Shown: positions 29,690 through 40,478 of the stretch, piece by piece
Numbering within the stretch: the stretch's first letter is position 1
How the letters are laid out: every line of letters starts with the position of its first letter
Assembly (NCBI GenBank): GCA_036804325.1
Contig: DAIRSQ010000002.1
Coordinates: 4,521-68,520 of the forward strand
DNA: 64,000 nucleotides
Reading direction: 5' to 3'
Source of the DNA: Candidatus Nanopelagicaceae bacterium
Lineage (GTDB): Bacteria > Actinomycetota > Actinomycetes > Nanopelagicales > Nanopelagicaceae
Program-made: the position numbers and the translations under genes
Notes under the pieces: model-generated
The model's database searches: none
Seen by the model: the letters and a program-made list of their open reading frames with translations, nothing else
Told to the model about the DNA's origin: nothing

Positions 29690-30272
29690 CGTCAAACCCT
29701 TTACTGAGCCAGAAATCTTTCCCAAGAAGTAGCGTTAAAAAATCGGAGACATCCTCTGGATTGAGCAAAATAGTCACGTTAACTTCTCCATTAAATTGAC
29801 CTGGTATTTTCTCAATTGAGTGAATTTGTACTCGCTGATAAACCTTTAATGTGCGAACTGACTTCTCGGTTGTACCTTCGGTAGGTACGTCGAAGAAATA
29901 AATATCAACTAAATCACCTTGCTTAAGTCCGATTGGCCTCTTATTGCTCGGAAGGGTTAAAGATATTTGCTTCCTCAGTTCCGGAATAGCTGAACTGCTT
30001 ATGGCATCGCGTGGTATGAGCTCGCCTTTTGCAATTTTCCGCAAAACCCTTCGAGCTGAAAATTTCGCGTTTGCAGTTATGTAATAGTCTGCGGCGGCAC
30101 GTAGATCAATCGCTATTCCATGGAAATCCGAGGCAGCAACCGTTTCGCCTGCATTTAAATCGCGGGTGGCGGTGAAATATTGATACTTCGGGAGCGCATC
30201 TCGCGTAGATAGGTACATTCCAGCCACACCGATTATCACGAACATAGCCCCGATTACCTCTTTTTTTCGCAT
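29679..30272 (-). CDS. SAF/CpaB-like domain protein with N-terminal TM
   Basis: ATRDLNAGETV...D, R.IAKGELIP, GL..GDLVDIY patterns of SAF/RcpC-CpaB proteins. Confidence 0.7.
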   Translation of the reverse strand: MRKKEVIGAMFVIIGVAGMYLSTRDALPKYQYFTATRDLNAGETVAASDFHGIAIDLRAAADYYITANAKFSARRVLRKIAKGELIPRDAISSSAIPELRKQISLTLPSNKRPIGLKQGDLVDIYFFDVPTEGTTEKSVRTLKVYQRVQIHSIEKIPGQFNGEVNVTILLNPEDVSDFLTLLLGKDFWLSKGFDDDL

Positions 30273-30305
30273 GGGCGTTTATTACAAGAAGTCGTTGGCT
30301 AGGCC

Positions 30306-30398
30306 ATGACTGATTTCGCACTCATACTTTCGGATGAGGAAAGATTGGATCAAGAGACGAGGTCTGTTGAGGTTCTTGGCATAAATCTCATGCCATGA
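30306..30398 (+). CDS. Putative 30-aa small protein ([30 protein letters not shown])
   Basis: Fills the intergenic gap; its TGA overlaps the ATG of the next gene (ATGA at 30395-30398). Confidence 0.35.
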   Translation: MTDFALILSDEERLDQETRSVEVLGINLMP

Positions 30399-30859
30399 CA
30401 ACCATCCTCTTCCAAGAAGCTCTTGACCTTTTCGGGTCAGACTCCCCTGGCAAATCTCCTACCAAATCAACGCTCACCTTTAAACCAACGCCCGATAGCG
30501 ATTGCTCAGTTGAGGATGAATTTGATTTTGGTCGGCAGATAACGCCCTTTGAGAATCTGCCCACCCCAAAGGAATGGGTAGATCGATTCGTCCATAGCGC
30601 AGTCGAAATTCTTAACGGTAGGCGATCGCCAGTACAACTCTCACGTTGGTGCAATCGAAAAGTTTTTGCCTATCTCAATGAAAACGCAAAAGCACGTCCA
30701 GCTCAGATTCGCATCGGTCGCAAGAGCATCGGCCAACCCTTTGATCAGATTCTTGAAGTCACCGCAATGCTCCACGGCAGAGAACGAAGTCGAATACTGG
30801 TCGCACGGTTTGAAGGTTTAGATGGCCGGTGGATCTGTGTAGAGCTTTACACGATTTAG
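30395..30859 (+). CDS. Rv3235-family (DUF6459) protein
   Basis: [33 protein letters not shown]; convergent with secA as in other actinobacteria. Confidence 0.85.
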   Translation: MTTILFQEALDLFGSDSPGKSPTKSTLTFKPTPDSDCSVEDEFDFGRQITPFENLPTPKEWVDRFVHSAVEILNGRRSPVQLSRWCNRKVFAYLNENAKARPAQIRIGRKSIGQPFDQILEVTAMLHGRERSRILVARFEGLDGRWICVELYTI

Positions 30860-33558
30860 CGGTTACGTGGATCTCCGTGACAGCGCTTGAACTTCTTACC
30901 TGAACCACAAGGGCACGGTGCATTGCGAGAGGTTTCATCGCTAGATCGAACGCTCTGCTGCTCCGGTTCTCCGAGTTCGCCAGGCGCCGAGTAGTGCAAC
31001 TCTTGCTCTCCGCCACCAAGTTCGGGCAGAGAAGCCGAGGCAAGTTCACCCTGTGAAGTCCGTTCTATATTTACTTCAGCATGGAAGAGGAAGCCAACAG
31101 ATTCTTCCTTTATGCCTTCCATCATCGCCACAAAAAGGTCATAACCTTCTTTTTGATATTCAACGAGTGGATCACGTTGGGCCATTGCACGTAATCCGAT
31201 TCCCTCTTGAAGATAATCCATCTCGTAAAGATGATCTCTCCAGCGGCGATCGAGCACCGAGAGCACTACCCGTCGCTCTAATTCACGAGTGATCTCTGGA
31301 GTCAAAGTACTCTCACGGAGCTCGTACTGCTCGAGCGCATCATTGCTTGCCAACTCGCTGAGGTACTCACTAGAAACCCCAGAAATATCGCCAACTTCTT
31401 CGATAATTTGTTCTTGAGTAATGGTAATTGGGTAGAGCGCTTTAAGTTGTTGCCAGAGCGCCTCAAGATTCCACTCTTCAGGGAATCCATCGGCAGTTGC
31501 GAATGCAACTTGGCCCCGAACTGCATCATCGATAAAGCTAATCATCTGTTCGCGAAGGTCCGCACCTTCAAGAACGCTCCGTCGCTCGGCATAAATAACT
31601 TGGCGCTGACGATTGAGAACATCATCGTACTTGAGAACATTTTTACGAATTTCAAAATTCTGACCTTCAACCTGCGTTTGTGCCGATTTAATCGCGTTAC
31701 TTACCATCTTTGATTCAATAGGTACATCATCTGGGATTCCCGCTGCGCCTAAGAATCGTTCAACTAGCGCAGAGTTAAATCGGCGCATCAAATCATCTTG
31801 GAGCGAAAGATAAAAACGTGACTCTCCAGGATCTCCTTGACGTCCGGAGCGTCCACGTAGCTGGTTATCAATACGACGTGATTCATGGCGTTCAGTGCCC
31901 AAGACGTAAAGCCCACCTAGGGCAACAACTTCATCGTGCTCGGCAGCAACTAATTGACGCTGTCGAGTGATTTCTGCCGGCCATTCCCGCTCATAATCTT
32001 CGGGGGTGTCAGCTGGAGAGAAACCTCGCTGTTGTAACGCGAAGTCAGCAAAGAATTCTGGGTTGCCACCAAGCATGATGTCAGTTCCGCGACCAGCCAT
32101 ATTGGTTGCAACAGTGACCGCCGCCTTGCAGCCTGCTCGAGCAACAATTGCCGCCTCACGCTCGTGCTGCTTGGCATTGAGTACTTCATGGGCAACGCCT
32201 TTACGGGTAAGTATCGTCGATAACTCTTCAGATTTTTCTACGCTCACCGTTCCAACAAGAACCGGTTGTCCTTTTCGATGGCGCTCGACGATGTCATCGA
32301 CTACAGCGAGAAACTTTGCCTGTTCCGTTTTGTAGACCAAATCTGATTGATCGATGCGTTGCATCTGCTTATTAGTCGGGATAGGAATAACTCCCAATTT
32401 GTAAATTTGATAGAACTCAGAGGCTTCAGTCATCGCTGTTCCGGTCATACCGGAGAGCTTTTCGTAGAGTCGGAAGTAGTTTTGTAGGGTGATTGTCGCG
32501 AGAGTTTGATTCTCGTCTTGAATCTTCACCCCTTCTTTTGCTTCTAGAGCCTGATGTAACCCCTCGTTATACCTGCGACCTTGAAGAATACGACCCGTAT
32601 GCTCGTCAACAATAAGCAGTTCACCGCTCATAATCACGTAATCACGGTCGCGCTTAAATAACTCTTTGGATTTCAATGCATTATTTAAGTAACTGATTAA
32701 TGGAGTATTAGCTGTTTCATATAAGTTCTCAATTCCAAGGAGTCGTTCAACTTCCGTGATTCCAGCCTCGAGAATTCCAACGGTGCGCTTCTTCTCATCA
32801 ACCTCATAATGATCACCCGGGGTGAGTTTCTTTGCGATTGAAGCAAACTCTGAATACCACTTGGTGGGACGATCTGCGGGACCGCTAATGATCAACGGCG
32901 TACGAGCTTCGTCGATAAGAATTGAGTCAACCTCGTCGACTATTGCAAAGTTATGTTCGCGCTGCACACAATCATCAATTGACCACGCCATATTGTCGCG
33001 AAGGTAATCGAAGCCAAACTCATTGTTAGTGCCGTAGGTGATATCGGCTGCATAAGCAACGCGCCGTTCTTGTGGAGTCATGTGCGCAAGAATTACTCCC
33101 ACAGTTAATCCAAGGAAGCGATGGACGCGACCCATCCATTCACTATCGCGCTCTGCTAGATAATCGTTAACGGTGACGATGTGCACACCTTTACCTGTCA
33201 GAGCATTGAGGTAGGCAGGTAGCGTGGAGACGAGAGTTTTACCTTCACCAGTTCGCATTTCGGCAATATTCCCGCGATGAAGCGCGATACCACCCATCAG
33301 CTGGACGTCATAATGACGTTGACCAAGGGTGCGCTTTGCCGCTTCGCGGACAACTGCAAAGGCCTCAGGAAGAATGTCATCTAGATCTTCGCCTTCGGCA
33401 ATCCGTGATTTAAACTCTTCAGTCTTTGCCCGAAGTCCTTGATCATCAAGCCCTGAAATAGCATCTTCATGCGAATTAACTAGGCGCGCCATTTTCTCCA
33501 AGTTCTTAACCTGACGTCCTTCACCGGCACGTAAGATTTTGTCCAGCAGGGCAACCAC
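30856..33558 (-). CDS. secA: Preprotein translocase ATPase SecA
   Basis: [55 protein letters not shown] motif [16 protein letters not shown] start 33558. Confidence 0.98.
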   Translation of the reverse strand: MVALLDKILRAGEGRQVKNLEKMARLVNSHEDAISGLDDQGLRAKTEEFKSRIAEGEDLDDILPEAFAVVREAAKRTLGQRHYDVQLMGGIALHRGNIAEMRTGEGKTLVSTLPAYLNALTGKGVHIVTVNDYLAERDSEWMGRVHRFLGLTVGVILAHMTPQERRVAYAADITYGTNNEFGFDYLRDNMAWSIDDCVQREHNFAIVDEVDSILIDEARTPLIISGPADRPTKWYSEFASIAKKLTPGDHYEVDEKKRTVGILEAGITEVERLLGIENLYETANTPLISYLNNALKSKELFKRDRDYVIMSGELLIVDEHTGRILQGRRYNEGLHQALEAKEGVKIQDENQTLATITLQNYFRLYEKLSGMTGTAMTEASEFYQIYKLGVIPIPTNKQMQRIDQSDLVYKTEQAKFLAVVDDIVERHRKGQPVLVGTVSVEKSEELSTILTRKGVAHEVLNAKQHEREAAIVARAGCKAAVTVATNMAGRGTDIMLGGNPEFFADFALQQRGFSPADTPEDYEREWPAEITRQRQLVAAEHDEVVALGGLYVLGTERHESRRIDNQLRGRSGRQGDPGESRFYLSLQDDLMRRFNSALVERFLGAAGIPDDVPIESKMVSNAIKSAQTQVEGQNFEIRKNVLKYDDVLNRQRQVIYAERRSVLEGADLREQMISFIDDAVRGQVAFATADGFPEEWNLEALWQQLKALYPITITQEQIIEEVGDISGVSSEYLSELASNDALEQYELRESTLTPEITRELERRVVLSVLDRRWRDHLYEMDYLQEGIGLRAMAQRDPLVEYQKEGYDLFVAMMEGIKEESVGFLFHAEVNIERTSQGELASASLPELGGGEQELHYSAPGELGEPEQQSVRSSDETSRNAPCPCGSGKKFKRCHGDPRNR

Positions 33559-33592
33559 GCTATTTCGGCCTCTCTCGGGATAGACCCCCACT

Positions 33593-34261
33593 CTAATGCT
33601 GGGGTTGGCTCCCGCTCCAATTGAGGGAGAAGGCGGCGGTTATTGCGCCAATGCAGGGGCGTCCTGCCATCTCCATAGCCCGCACACCCTCGCGCAGCGT
33701 GGCACCTGTAGTCAACACATCATCAACAAGCAAGGCTCCTTTTACTCCTGACGCATCGGGCGCTCGTCGATAGGTAAATGCGTGGTTCATATTTGTCGCT
33801 CGCGCTCGAGCGCTTAGGCTCTTTTGCGGCGCGAATTTCCGCGCACAATGCAATGAAGTAGAGATCTGATCTCCTGTTTCGCGCGCCAATGCACGGGCAA
33901 GATCTAAAGTGAAATCTCGCCCTCGCTTTCTTCTCGCGCTCGGCGAGCTTGGAATAGGTGTAAGCACAAGATCGGCAGGAAAGAGCGAGCGTGTAGAGAG
34001 TAATGCTCGAGTAACAACACCCTCAAGATCGCGATTGCCATCATCTTTTGCACCGAGAATTATCTGGCTCACTTTCTCATCATAAGGAATTAACGAACTT
34101 ACGCTTATATTCGAATTACCCAATCTGAATCGATGAGGTCGGAGGCTTTCCGAAGGCGTGAAAGCACCTTCGCAAGAAATGCAGAGAATTTTTCCATCAG
34201 TAGAGCAGCTGATACATGAAACGGGAATTATTAGTGAGAGTAAGGGAGCAAGGAATTTCAT
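33593..34261 (-). CDS. ComF family phosphoribosyltransferase-like protein
   Basis: N-terminal CxxC..Cxx[19 protein letters not shown]. Confidence 0.88.
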   Translation of the reverse strand: MKFLAPLLSLIIPVSCISCSTDGKILCISCEGAFTPSESLRPHRFRLGNSNISVSSLIPYDEKVSQIILGAKDDGNRDLEGVVTRALLSTRSLFPADLVLTPIPSSPSARRKRGRDFTLDLARALARETGDQISTSLHCARKFAPQKSLSARARATNMNHAFTYRRAPDASGVKGALLVDDVLTTGATLREGVRAMEMAGRPCIGAITAAFSLNWSGSQPQH

Positions 34262-34285
34262 GGCGCAAAAATAGTGATGCGAGGG

Positions 34286-35833
34286 CTATAGATTGAGTTC
34301 AAAGAGCTTTTCTGTGAGTTCCTCACTTCGGTCTCGAGGAATAGTCATTACAAATAATGATCCCCTACCAATAACGCCCACTGCCTCAATAATTCCACCA
34401 TGAAGTTGTGCATCTTCTTGTGCAATTGAAAGGCCTAACCCCGTTCCACCCCTTGTTCGCTCACGAGATGGATCTGCCCTCCAGAAGCGATCAAATACTC
34501 GCAACTCTTCACCAGGGCGAAGTCCAATTCCAAAGTCGCGGACCGCTATCGCAATTGATTTCTCTCCTGTCCTAATCTCAACTTGTATTGGGTTGCCCCC
34601 TCCATAGGCAATCGCATTACTCAAGAGATTACGAAAGATTCGATCCATACGCCGCGGATCTACAACTGTCATAACCGGCTCATTTGGGTGCGTGTAATCA
34701 AAAGTAACGCCGTGTTCTTGGGCGATTGGCTTGAGAGCGTCAAGAGTCTTCTCGACTAAAGCAACGACATCAACCACTTCTGGTTCAAGATTTACAACAC
34801 CGGCGTCAAATCGGCTTACCTCAAGGAGCTCTGTCAGAAGATTTTCAAAACGTTCCAGCTGTGCTGTGAGTAGTTCAGCGCTTCGCGAAATAGTTGGATC
34901 GAAATCATGTCTTTGCCGATAAATCAAGTCAGAAGCCATTTTTAACGTAGTAAGAGGAGTCCTTAGTTCGTGAGAAACGTCAGATACGAAGCGTTGTTGT
35001 ACGCGAGATAAATTCTCTAATCTGGTGATCTGAATCTGCAGTGCGCTGGCCATTTCATTAAATGAAAGTGCAAGGCGAGCAATTTCATCGGCTCCTTCGA
35101 CTTGCATGCGCTCGGCAAAATCACCTGCAGATAATTTCTCTGCAACCTCTGCTGCACCTTTAATTGGAGTAATCACCTGACGGGAAGTCGCCCATACGAT
35201 AAAGAGCAGCACTAGAACTAAAGCAATTGCGCCAATCAAGAGCGTCCGTGAAATCAAAGAAATAGTGGCATCTTCAGGGGCGGTGCTATAGAGAAAATAC
35301 ATTTCAAACTTACCAAAGTTCTCAATATTTAATTGACCACCAACTATCAGCGCAGAAATGCGCCTCTCAAGAGATACTGGGGTGAGGTATCTACTCGCAT
35401 AAATGATGTCCCCGTATTGAAATTGAAGTTCTTTTGAAGCTAGTACTTTCTTTCGTAAATCTGTAGGAATCGAACTTTTTGAAATTTGATTAGTTGCTCG
35501 CTCATAGAGATAAAAATTGGCTGATTTTGAATTTGCCTGCAAAATTGCTACCTCAGGATTGCGCTCATTCCCCTTCATATCTGCAAACTCCGTAATAGTA
35601 CGATCAATTGCATCTCGAAAATCTGCCACAGAGGTAATCTCTGCCAAAATAAACCGATTTTCACTCTGAAATAACTTGGATTGACTTTCATTAAGTGCAG
35701 ATTCAATTTTGGAGTCTCGGATTCCATCGCCAAGTCTCTGATTAAGAACTGACGCTAATGTTGAAACTAAAATCGTAGATAACAGGAGGGTAGTGCCAAG
35801 AACTCTGAAGGAGAGAGAATTTGTAAAGCGCAT
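34286..35833 (-). CDS. mtrB: Sensor histidine kinase MtrB
   Basis: 2 TM plus HAMP, QQRFVSDVSHELRTPLTT, VFDRFWRADPSR.RT.GGTGLGL; downstream of mtrA. Confidence 0.93.
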   Translation of the reverse strand: MRFTNSLSFRVLGTTLLLSTILVSTLASVLNQRLGDGIRDSKIESALNESQSKLFQSENRFILAEITSVADFRDAIDRTITEFADMKGNERNPEVAILQANSKSANFYLYERATNQISKSSIPTDLRKKVLASKELQFQYGDIIYASRYLTPVSLERRISALIVGGQLNIENFGKFEMYFLYSTAPEDATISLISRTLLIGAIALVLVLLFIVWATSRQVITPIKGAAEVAEKLSAGDFAERMQVEGADEIARLALSFNEMASALQIQITRLENLSRVQQRFVSDVSHELRTPLTTLKMASDLIYRQRHDFDPTISRSAELLTAQLERFENLLTELLEVSRFDAGVVNLEPEVVDVVALVEKTLDALKPIAQEHGVTFDYTHPNEPVMTVVDPRRMDRIFRNLLSNAIAYGGGNPIQVEIRTGEKSIAIAVRDFGIGLRPGEELRVFDRFWRADPSRERTRGGTGLGLSIAQEDAQLHGGIIEAVGVIGRGSLFVMTIPRDRSEELTEKLFELNL

Positions 35834-36525
35834 TATTTTTGTTCTGTGAAATTACCTGCGCGGTAGCCGACGCCTCTTACTGTAAGTACCAATTCAGGTT
35901 GATTAGGGTCGCGCTCTATTTTGGAGCGAATTCGCTGAATATGCACATTGACAAGTCGAGTATCAGAAGAGTGTCGATAGCCCCAGACTTCGGCGAGCAA
36001 CGCTTCGCGCGTGAATACTCGACCTGGCTCTCTGGCAAGTGCCAGCAATAAATCGAATTCCAGACGAGTGAGCGCGATGACCTTGTCGCCACGACGCACC
36101 TCGTGTGCAACTAAATCAATAGATACTCCCCCAAACTCCAACTTGGAACTTGCGACTACAGGCGCAGTAGTTCTACGTAGGCGCGCTTTAACTCGAGCGA
36201 GGAGTTCATTTGTTTGAAATGGTTTAACGATGTAATCATCTGCGCCAGCTTCTAGTCCTTTAACGACATCTGATGTTTCTCCTTTTGCTGTCAGCATCAC
36301 AATTGGAGCCATCGATTCCGCACGAATTAATTTGCAGACCTCAATTCCATTAAGTCCAGGAAGCATCAAATCAAGAAGTACTAGATCTGGTTGGGAGTTT
36401 CTAAAAACTTCTATGACTTGATCTCCGCGTGCGACCAAGTCAACTTCCATTCCTTCGCCCGTCAAAACGATGGCGAGCATCTCTGCTAAATCTTGGTCAT
36501 CATCGACGACCATTATCAGCGTCAT
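35833..36525 (-). CDS. mtrA: Response regulator MtrA (OmpR family)
   Basis: LDLMLPG receiver domain, WGYRHSSDTRLVNVHIQR, TVRGVGY. Confidence 0.94.
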   Translation of the reverse strand: MTLIMVVDDDQDLAEMLAIVLTGEGMEVDLVARGDQVIEVFRNSQPDLVLLDLMLPGLNGIEVCKLIRAESMAPIVMLTAKGETSDVVKGLEAGADDYIVKPFQTNELLARVKARLRRTTAPVVASSKLEFGGVSIDLVAHEVRRGDKVIALTRLEFDLLLALAREPGRVFTREALLAEVWGYRHSSDTRLVNVHIQRIRSKIERDPNQPELVLTVRGVGYRAGNFTEQK

Positions 36526-37799
36526 TAGCTGCCATGCTCCCAGGAATTGAGGTACTGCTCTTGAGCTGGAGTAAGGGTATCGACAGCGCCACCCATACTC
36601 TTGAGCTTTAGCGTTGCCACCTCTTTATCAATCTCCGTAGGCACTTCATGTACTCCAGGCTTGAGGTTCTTCGCGTGATGAACTAACCATTCAGCGGTCA
36701 GCGCTTGATCTGCAAATGAAAGATCCATTACAGCTGCTGGATGTCCTTCTGCTGCGCCAAGGTTGACCAATCGTCCTTCAGCAAGTAACAACAGTCTGCG
36801 TCCATCTTTCATTACATATTCATCCGTCTGATGACGAATCTTTGAATTCTTACGAGCATTCTTCTCTAGCCAGGCGACATCAATTTCAATATCGAAGTGG
36901 CCGGAGTTTGCCATGATGGCATTATCTTTCATCAGTTCAAAGTGCTCTGCGCGAAGCACATCGCGATTACCGGTGACAGTAATAAAAATATCGCCAATCC
37001 GTGCTGCATCATGCATGGTCATAACTCGATATCCGTGCATCATCGCATCCAGTGCTTTCGTTGGGTCGATCTCAGTGATAACTACTTCAGCGCCTAGACC
37101 TTTTGCTCGCTCTGCTACACCGCGCCCGCAATAACCAAATCCGGCCACCACGACAACTTTGCCAGCCACCAAGGTGTTGGTCGCACGAAAGACTGCATCG
37201 AATGTTGACTGACCTGTTCCATAGCGGTTATCAAACATGTGCTTGGTGTCGGTGTCGTTAACAGCAACCATAGGGAAAGTGAGAGCTCCATCTCGCGACA
37301 TCTGCGTTAACCGAATAACTCCGGTTGTGGTCTCTTCGCAGCCACCAAGAATTGTTGGTAGTAGCTCTCGGCGTGTGGTGTGAAGTGTGTTCACTAAGTC
37401 GCAGCCGTCATCAAAAACGAAATGGGGCGTAATATCGAGAGCAGCATTAATGTGCTCGTAGTAGCCATCGCGATCAATTGCATTCTTGGCAAAAACACTT
37501 ATGCCATATTCATGAACTAGCGCTGCAGCCGTATCGTCTTGAGTGGAGAGCGGATTTGATGCACAGAGCGCCAATTCAGCTCCACCGGCAGCAAGAGTGC
37601 GCATCAGGTTTGCAGTTTCTGTGGTCACGTGCATGCAGGCTGAGATACGAACACCTTTAAATGGTTGTTCGAGAGTGAAGCGATCACGAATTTGTGCCAA
37701 CACCGGCATGCTTCGCTCTGCCCATTCGATTCGCTTCTTACCTTGTGATGCCAATTCGGCATTGGCGATATCGCTCTTAATTATTGTTGAACTGCTCAC
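36525..37799 (-). CDS. ahcY: Adenosylhomocysteinase (short type)
   Basis: SNPLSTQDD, EETTTG, KHMFDNRYGTGQS, GFGYCGRG, GRLVNL..AEGHP. Confidence 0.96.
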   Translation of the reverse strand: MSSSTIIKSDIANAELASQGKKRIEWAERSMPVLAQIRDRFTLEQPFKGVRISACMHVTTETANLMRTLAAGGAELALCASNPLSTQDDTAAALVHEYGISVFAKNAIDRDGYYEHINAALDITPHFVFDDGCDLVNTLHTTRRELLPTILGGCEETTTGVIRLTQMSRDGALTFPMVAVNDTDTKHMFDNRYGTGQSTFDAVFRATNTLVAGKVVVVAGFGYCGRGVAERAKGLGAEVVITEIDPTKALDAMMHGYRVMTMHDAARIGDIFITVTGNRDVLRAEHFELMKDNAIMANSGHFDIEIDVAWLEKNARKNSKIRHQTDEYVMKDGRRLLLLAEGRLVNLGAAEGHPAAVMDLSFADQALTAEWLVHHAKNLKPGVHEVPTEIDKEVATLKLKSMGGAVDTLTPAQEQYLNSWEHGS

Positions 37800-37844
37800 G
37801 TGACGGGCCTCTCTGTAGCATCATGAAGTCTGGTGAGCGTTACT

Positions 37845-38957
37845 TTACCGCCCTTTGCCAGTTGCCACCCAGAGAGAACCGCTTCCCGCAAGGGTGTACT
37901 TACCAGGGGCTAAAAGCGCTCCCACTTGGTGATGAACTTCTGCATATTCGCCTGCATTTGCCGAGTCCGCTATTCGCGCGCCTCCCTCCCATGCAAATGC
38001 GATGGCAAAATTCTCAAGAGTTAACTCAGCTTCGATCGCGCCACGAAACTCTTGTAGAGCGAAATCAGAAATTGGTGGCGTCCATTCATGATGATTTGAG
38101 TTTGCTGTCGGTGTGATGGGAATGGCAATCGCTCTCTCGCTATCGAGAACTTTCAGAAAATTCTCTTTATCGATGGGTTTATGGGTTAAGCCACCGCGAA
38201 GGACGTTATCGCTATTTGCCATAACTTCCACGACGGTGCCATTGAGATAGGCGTGTACACATTTTGGGGGCAGATAAAGACTCTCCCCTGGCTTTAAGAG
38301 CACCAAATTGCAGAGCAAAGTGGCTAACGGATCTAGTTTTGGGGCATAAAGCTCGATCAATTCAGTGGTCCACTTTGCGCGAATTGGATCAAGGCTTGTT
38401 GTATTCGTATGGAGTTCTTCTAAAGTGCCCGAGTTATCTTCAACACCAAGTAAATTATTTAAAATATTTTTGATAGAACTCCCCGCGCGGAGCGGTTTTG
38501 AAATGAGCTCGTTGATTTTCTCTGAATTCAGCGCATCAACTCGGACAAGAATCTCTTCTACGCTGGAGAAGCCAACGTATGCTTGAAATTCAGTGAGCGC
38601 AACAACCATTTCGGGTTTGTGATTTAGATCAGAACAGACTCCATCTAAAGATGGAATATCGGTTAGCGCTGGGTGTACTTGGAGAGATAGCGAGCGCTCT
38701 ACTGCGAGAATTTTTGCCAGAAAGGGAAGTTGTCCCTGTGGTAACCCCAGAACTCTTTGGGAAGTTAATTGATTAAGAAATTTCAAATCTCCACTCAGTG
38801 GAGATGGCCCATGAGGATTATCTCCGAACCAGAGTTCAGCTTCGGGTTCGTCGCTTCGAGCAACGCCTCTATGTTGAGCCAATACCTGCCGAGAACCCCA
38901 GGGGTAATTCTTAATGACCCCCTCGATGGCATAAATTTTTCTTACTAGTGAAGTCAT
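37845..38957 (-). CDS. manA: Mannose-6-phosphate isomerase, class I
   Basis: YPWGS, AELWFG, LSLQVHP, NHKPE, HAYL.G, EVMANSDNVLRGGLT; ATGA overlap at 38954-38957. Confidence 0.93.
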   Translation of the reverse strand: MTSLVRKIYAIEGVIKNYPWGSRQVLAQHRGVARSDEPEAELWFGDNPHGPSPLSGDLKFLNQLTSQRVLGLPQGQLPFLAKILAVERSLSLQVHPALTDIPSLDGVCSDLNHKPEMVVALTEFQAYVGFSSVEEILVRVDALNSEKINELISKPLRAGSSIKNILNNLLGVEDNSGTLEELHTNTTSLDPIRAKWTTELIELYAPKLDPLATLLCNLVLLKPGESLYLPPKCVHAYLNGTVVEVMANSDNVLRGGLTHKPIDKENFLKVLDSERAIAIPITPTANSNHHEWTPPISDFALQEFRGAIEAELTLENFAIAFAWEGGARIADSANAGEYAEVHHQVGALLAPGKYTLAGSGSLWVATGKGR

Positions 38958-39118
38958 CCTCGCTTGGTGGCAGAGTCGATAAGTAAGACGGGTATTCCAT
39001 TTCTTATCGGATAATCCAGCGCACACTTCTTGCAGAACAGAGATTCGGCTTCAAGAGCTAACTCTCCACGACACTGAGGACAGACAATAATTTCAAGAAT
39101 CTTGGGATGCACTATCAC
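38954..39118 (-). CDS. Trm112/UPF0434 family small Zn-binding protein
   Basis: LEIIVCPQCRGEL...C..C...YPIRNGIPVLL; GTG start 39118 or 39112. Confidence 0.9.
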   Translation of the reverse strand: MIVHPKILEIIVCPQCRGELALEAESLFCKKCALDYPIRNGIPVLLIDSATKRG

Positions 39119-40473
39119 TGCCGAATCACCTCCAATGCTGCATCGCGGATAGCGCACATTATCTCATCGTTATCCGCTTCAACGTTAAGTCTCAGTAAAG
39201 GCTCAGTATTTGAAGGGCGAACATTGAGCCACCAACGCCCAGAGCTGATGGTCAAACCATCGAGCCTATCTACCTCCCCTTCTCCAGAAAAATGATTTTC
39301 TACCCGAGTCATTGAGGCAATGACATCGCCAACTTGTGAATTGATTTCTCCACTTCCTGAATACTTTCGATACTTACCGATGATCTCTGAAAAAGTCTTT
39401 GATTCGGACGAATGGCCTAGCGCTGCAAGAGCATAAAGTGCGGCAAGCATCCCTGAGTCAGCATTCCAAAAATCTCGGAAGTAAAAATGTCCCGAATGCT
39501 CGCCGCCAAAAATCGCTCCGGTTTCTGCCATCTGAGCTTTGATATTTGAATGGCCAACTTTGCTCCGTGACGCTACTCCGCCGCATTGCTCAATAACTTC
39601 AGGAACTATTCGCGAGGAAATTAAACTATAGATAATCGTGCTACCAGGCGCTTTCGCTAACTCACTTTCGGCGATCAGCGCGGTAAGCAATGAAGGCGCC
39701 ACTAAGCCACCACTCTCATCTACTAAGAAGCAGCGATCTGCATCGCCATCGAAGGCAAGTCCCAAATCTGCCCCTTCAGAAACCACACGCTGCTGAAGAT
39801 CCTTCAAGGTAGAGCTATCTAGTGGATTAGCTTCATGATTAGGAAATGTTCCATCAAGTTCGAAGTACATTGGGACGATATTCAGATTCAGTGGCCCTAA
39901 AACTTTAGGAACGGTGTGGCCAGCCATACCATTTGCTGCATCGATTACCACTTTTAGAGGTCTGATATCCGAACAGTCAACAAGGTTTCTGAGGTGCGCT
40001 CCATACTCTTCGAGAAGTTCTAGCTTTCGTTCTACCCCGTTAGTGGACGAAGTTGGCAAATCATTATCAATCAAGGCTTTTCTAATCTCTGCTAAACCAG
40101 TTTCTGAGCCAATGGGCTTCGCGCCCGCCCGCGCCAATTTAATCCCGTGGTATTGAGCAGGGTTATGACTGGCAGTAAACATCGCCCCTGGAATATTGAG
40201 TTTTCCGGTAGCAAAATACAATTGATCTGTCGCAGCTAATCCGATGTTTACAACATTTGTACCGGTTGCACGCACGCCAGCGGAAAATGATGCGACTAAC
40301 TTTTCAGATGATGGTCTCATGTCGTATCCGACAACAATTTCTTTGCTGGAAACTAAATTAGCAAAGGCGATTCCGATATCTCTACAAAACTCTTCAGTAA
40401 TCTCACTACCTACCAGCCCACGAATATCGTAAGACTTAATTACGCTCGCAAGAGAACTATCTGTGTACGGCAC
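39115..40473 (-). CDS. Phosphomannomutase/phosphoglucomutase
   Basis: YDIRG, TASHNP, FDGDADR, GGEHSGH, VRPSNTEP. Confidence 0.95.
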   Translation of the reverse strand: MPYTDSSLASVIKSYDIRGLVGSEITEEFCRDIGIAFANLVSSKEIVVGYDMRPSSEKLVASFSAGVRATGTNVVNIGLAATDQLYFATGKLNIPGAMFTASHNPAQYHGIKLARAGAKPIGSETGLAEIRKALIDNDLPTSSTNGVERKLELLEEYGAHLRNLVDCSDIRPLKVVIDAANGMAGHTVPKVLGPLNLNIVPMYFELDGTFPNHEANPLDSSTLKDLQQRVVSEGADLGLAFDGDADRCFLVDESGGLVAPSLLTALIAESELAKAPGSTIIYSLISSRIVPEVIEQCGGVASRSKVGHSNIKAQMAETGAIFGGEHSGHFYFRDFWNADSGMLAALYALAALGHSSESKTFSEIIGKYRKYSGSGEINSQVGDVIASMTRVENHFSGEGEVDRLDGLTISSGRWWLNVRPSNTEPLLRLNVEADNDEIMCAIRDAALEVIRQ

Positions 40474-40478
40474 ACTTG

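Noticed and set aside
37800..37844. SAH riboswitch upstream of ahcY
   Set aside because: 45-bp spacer with no matching core
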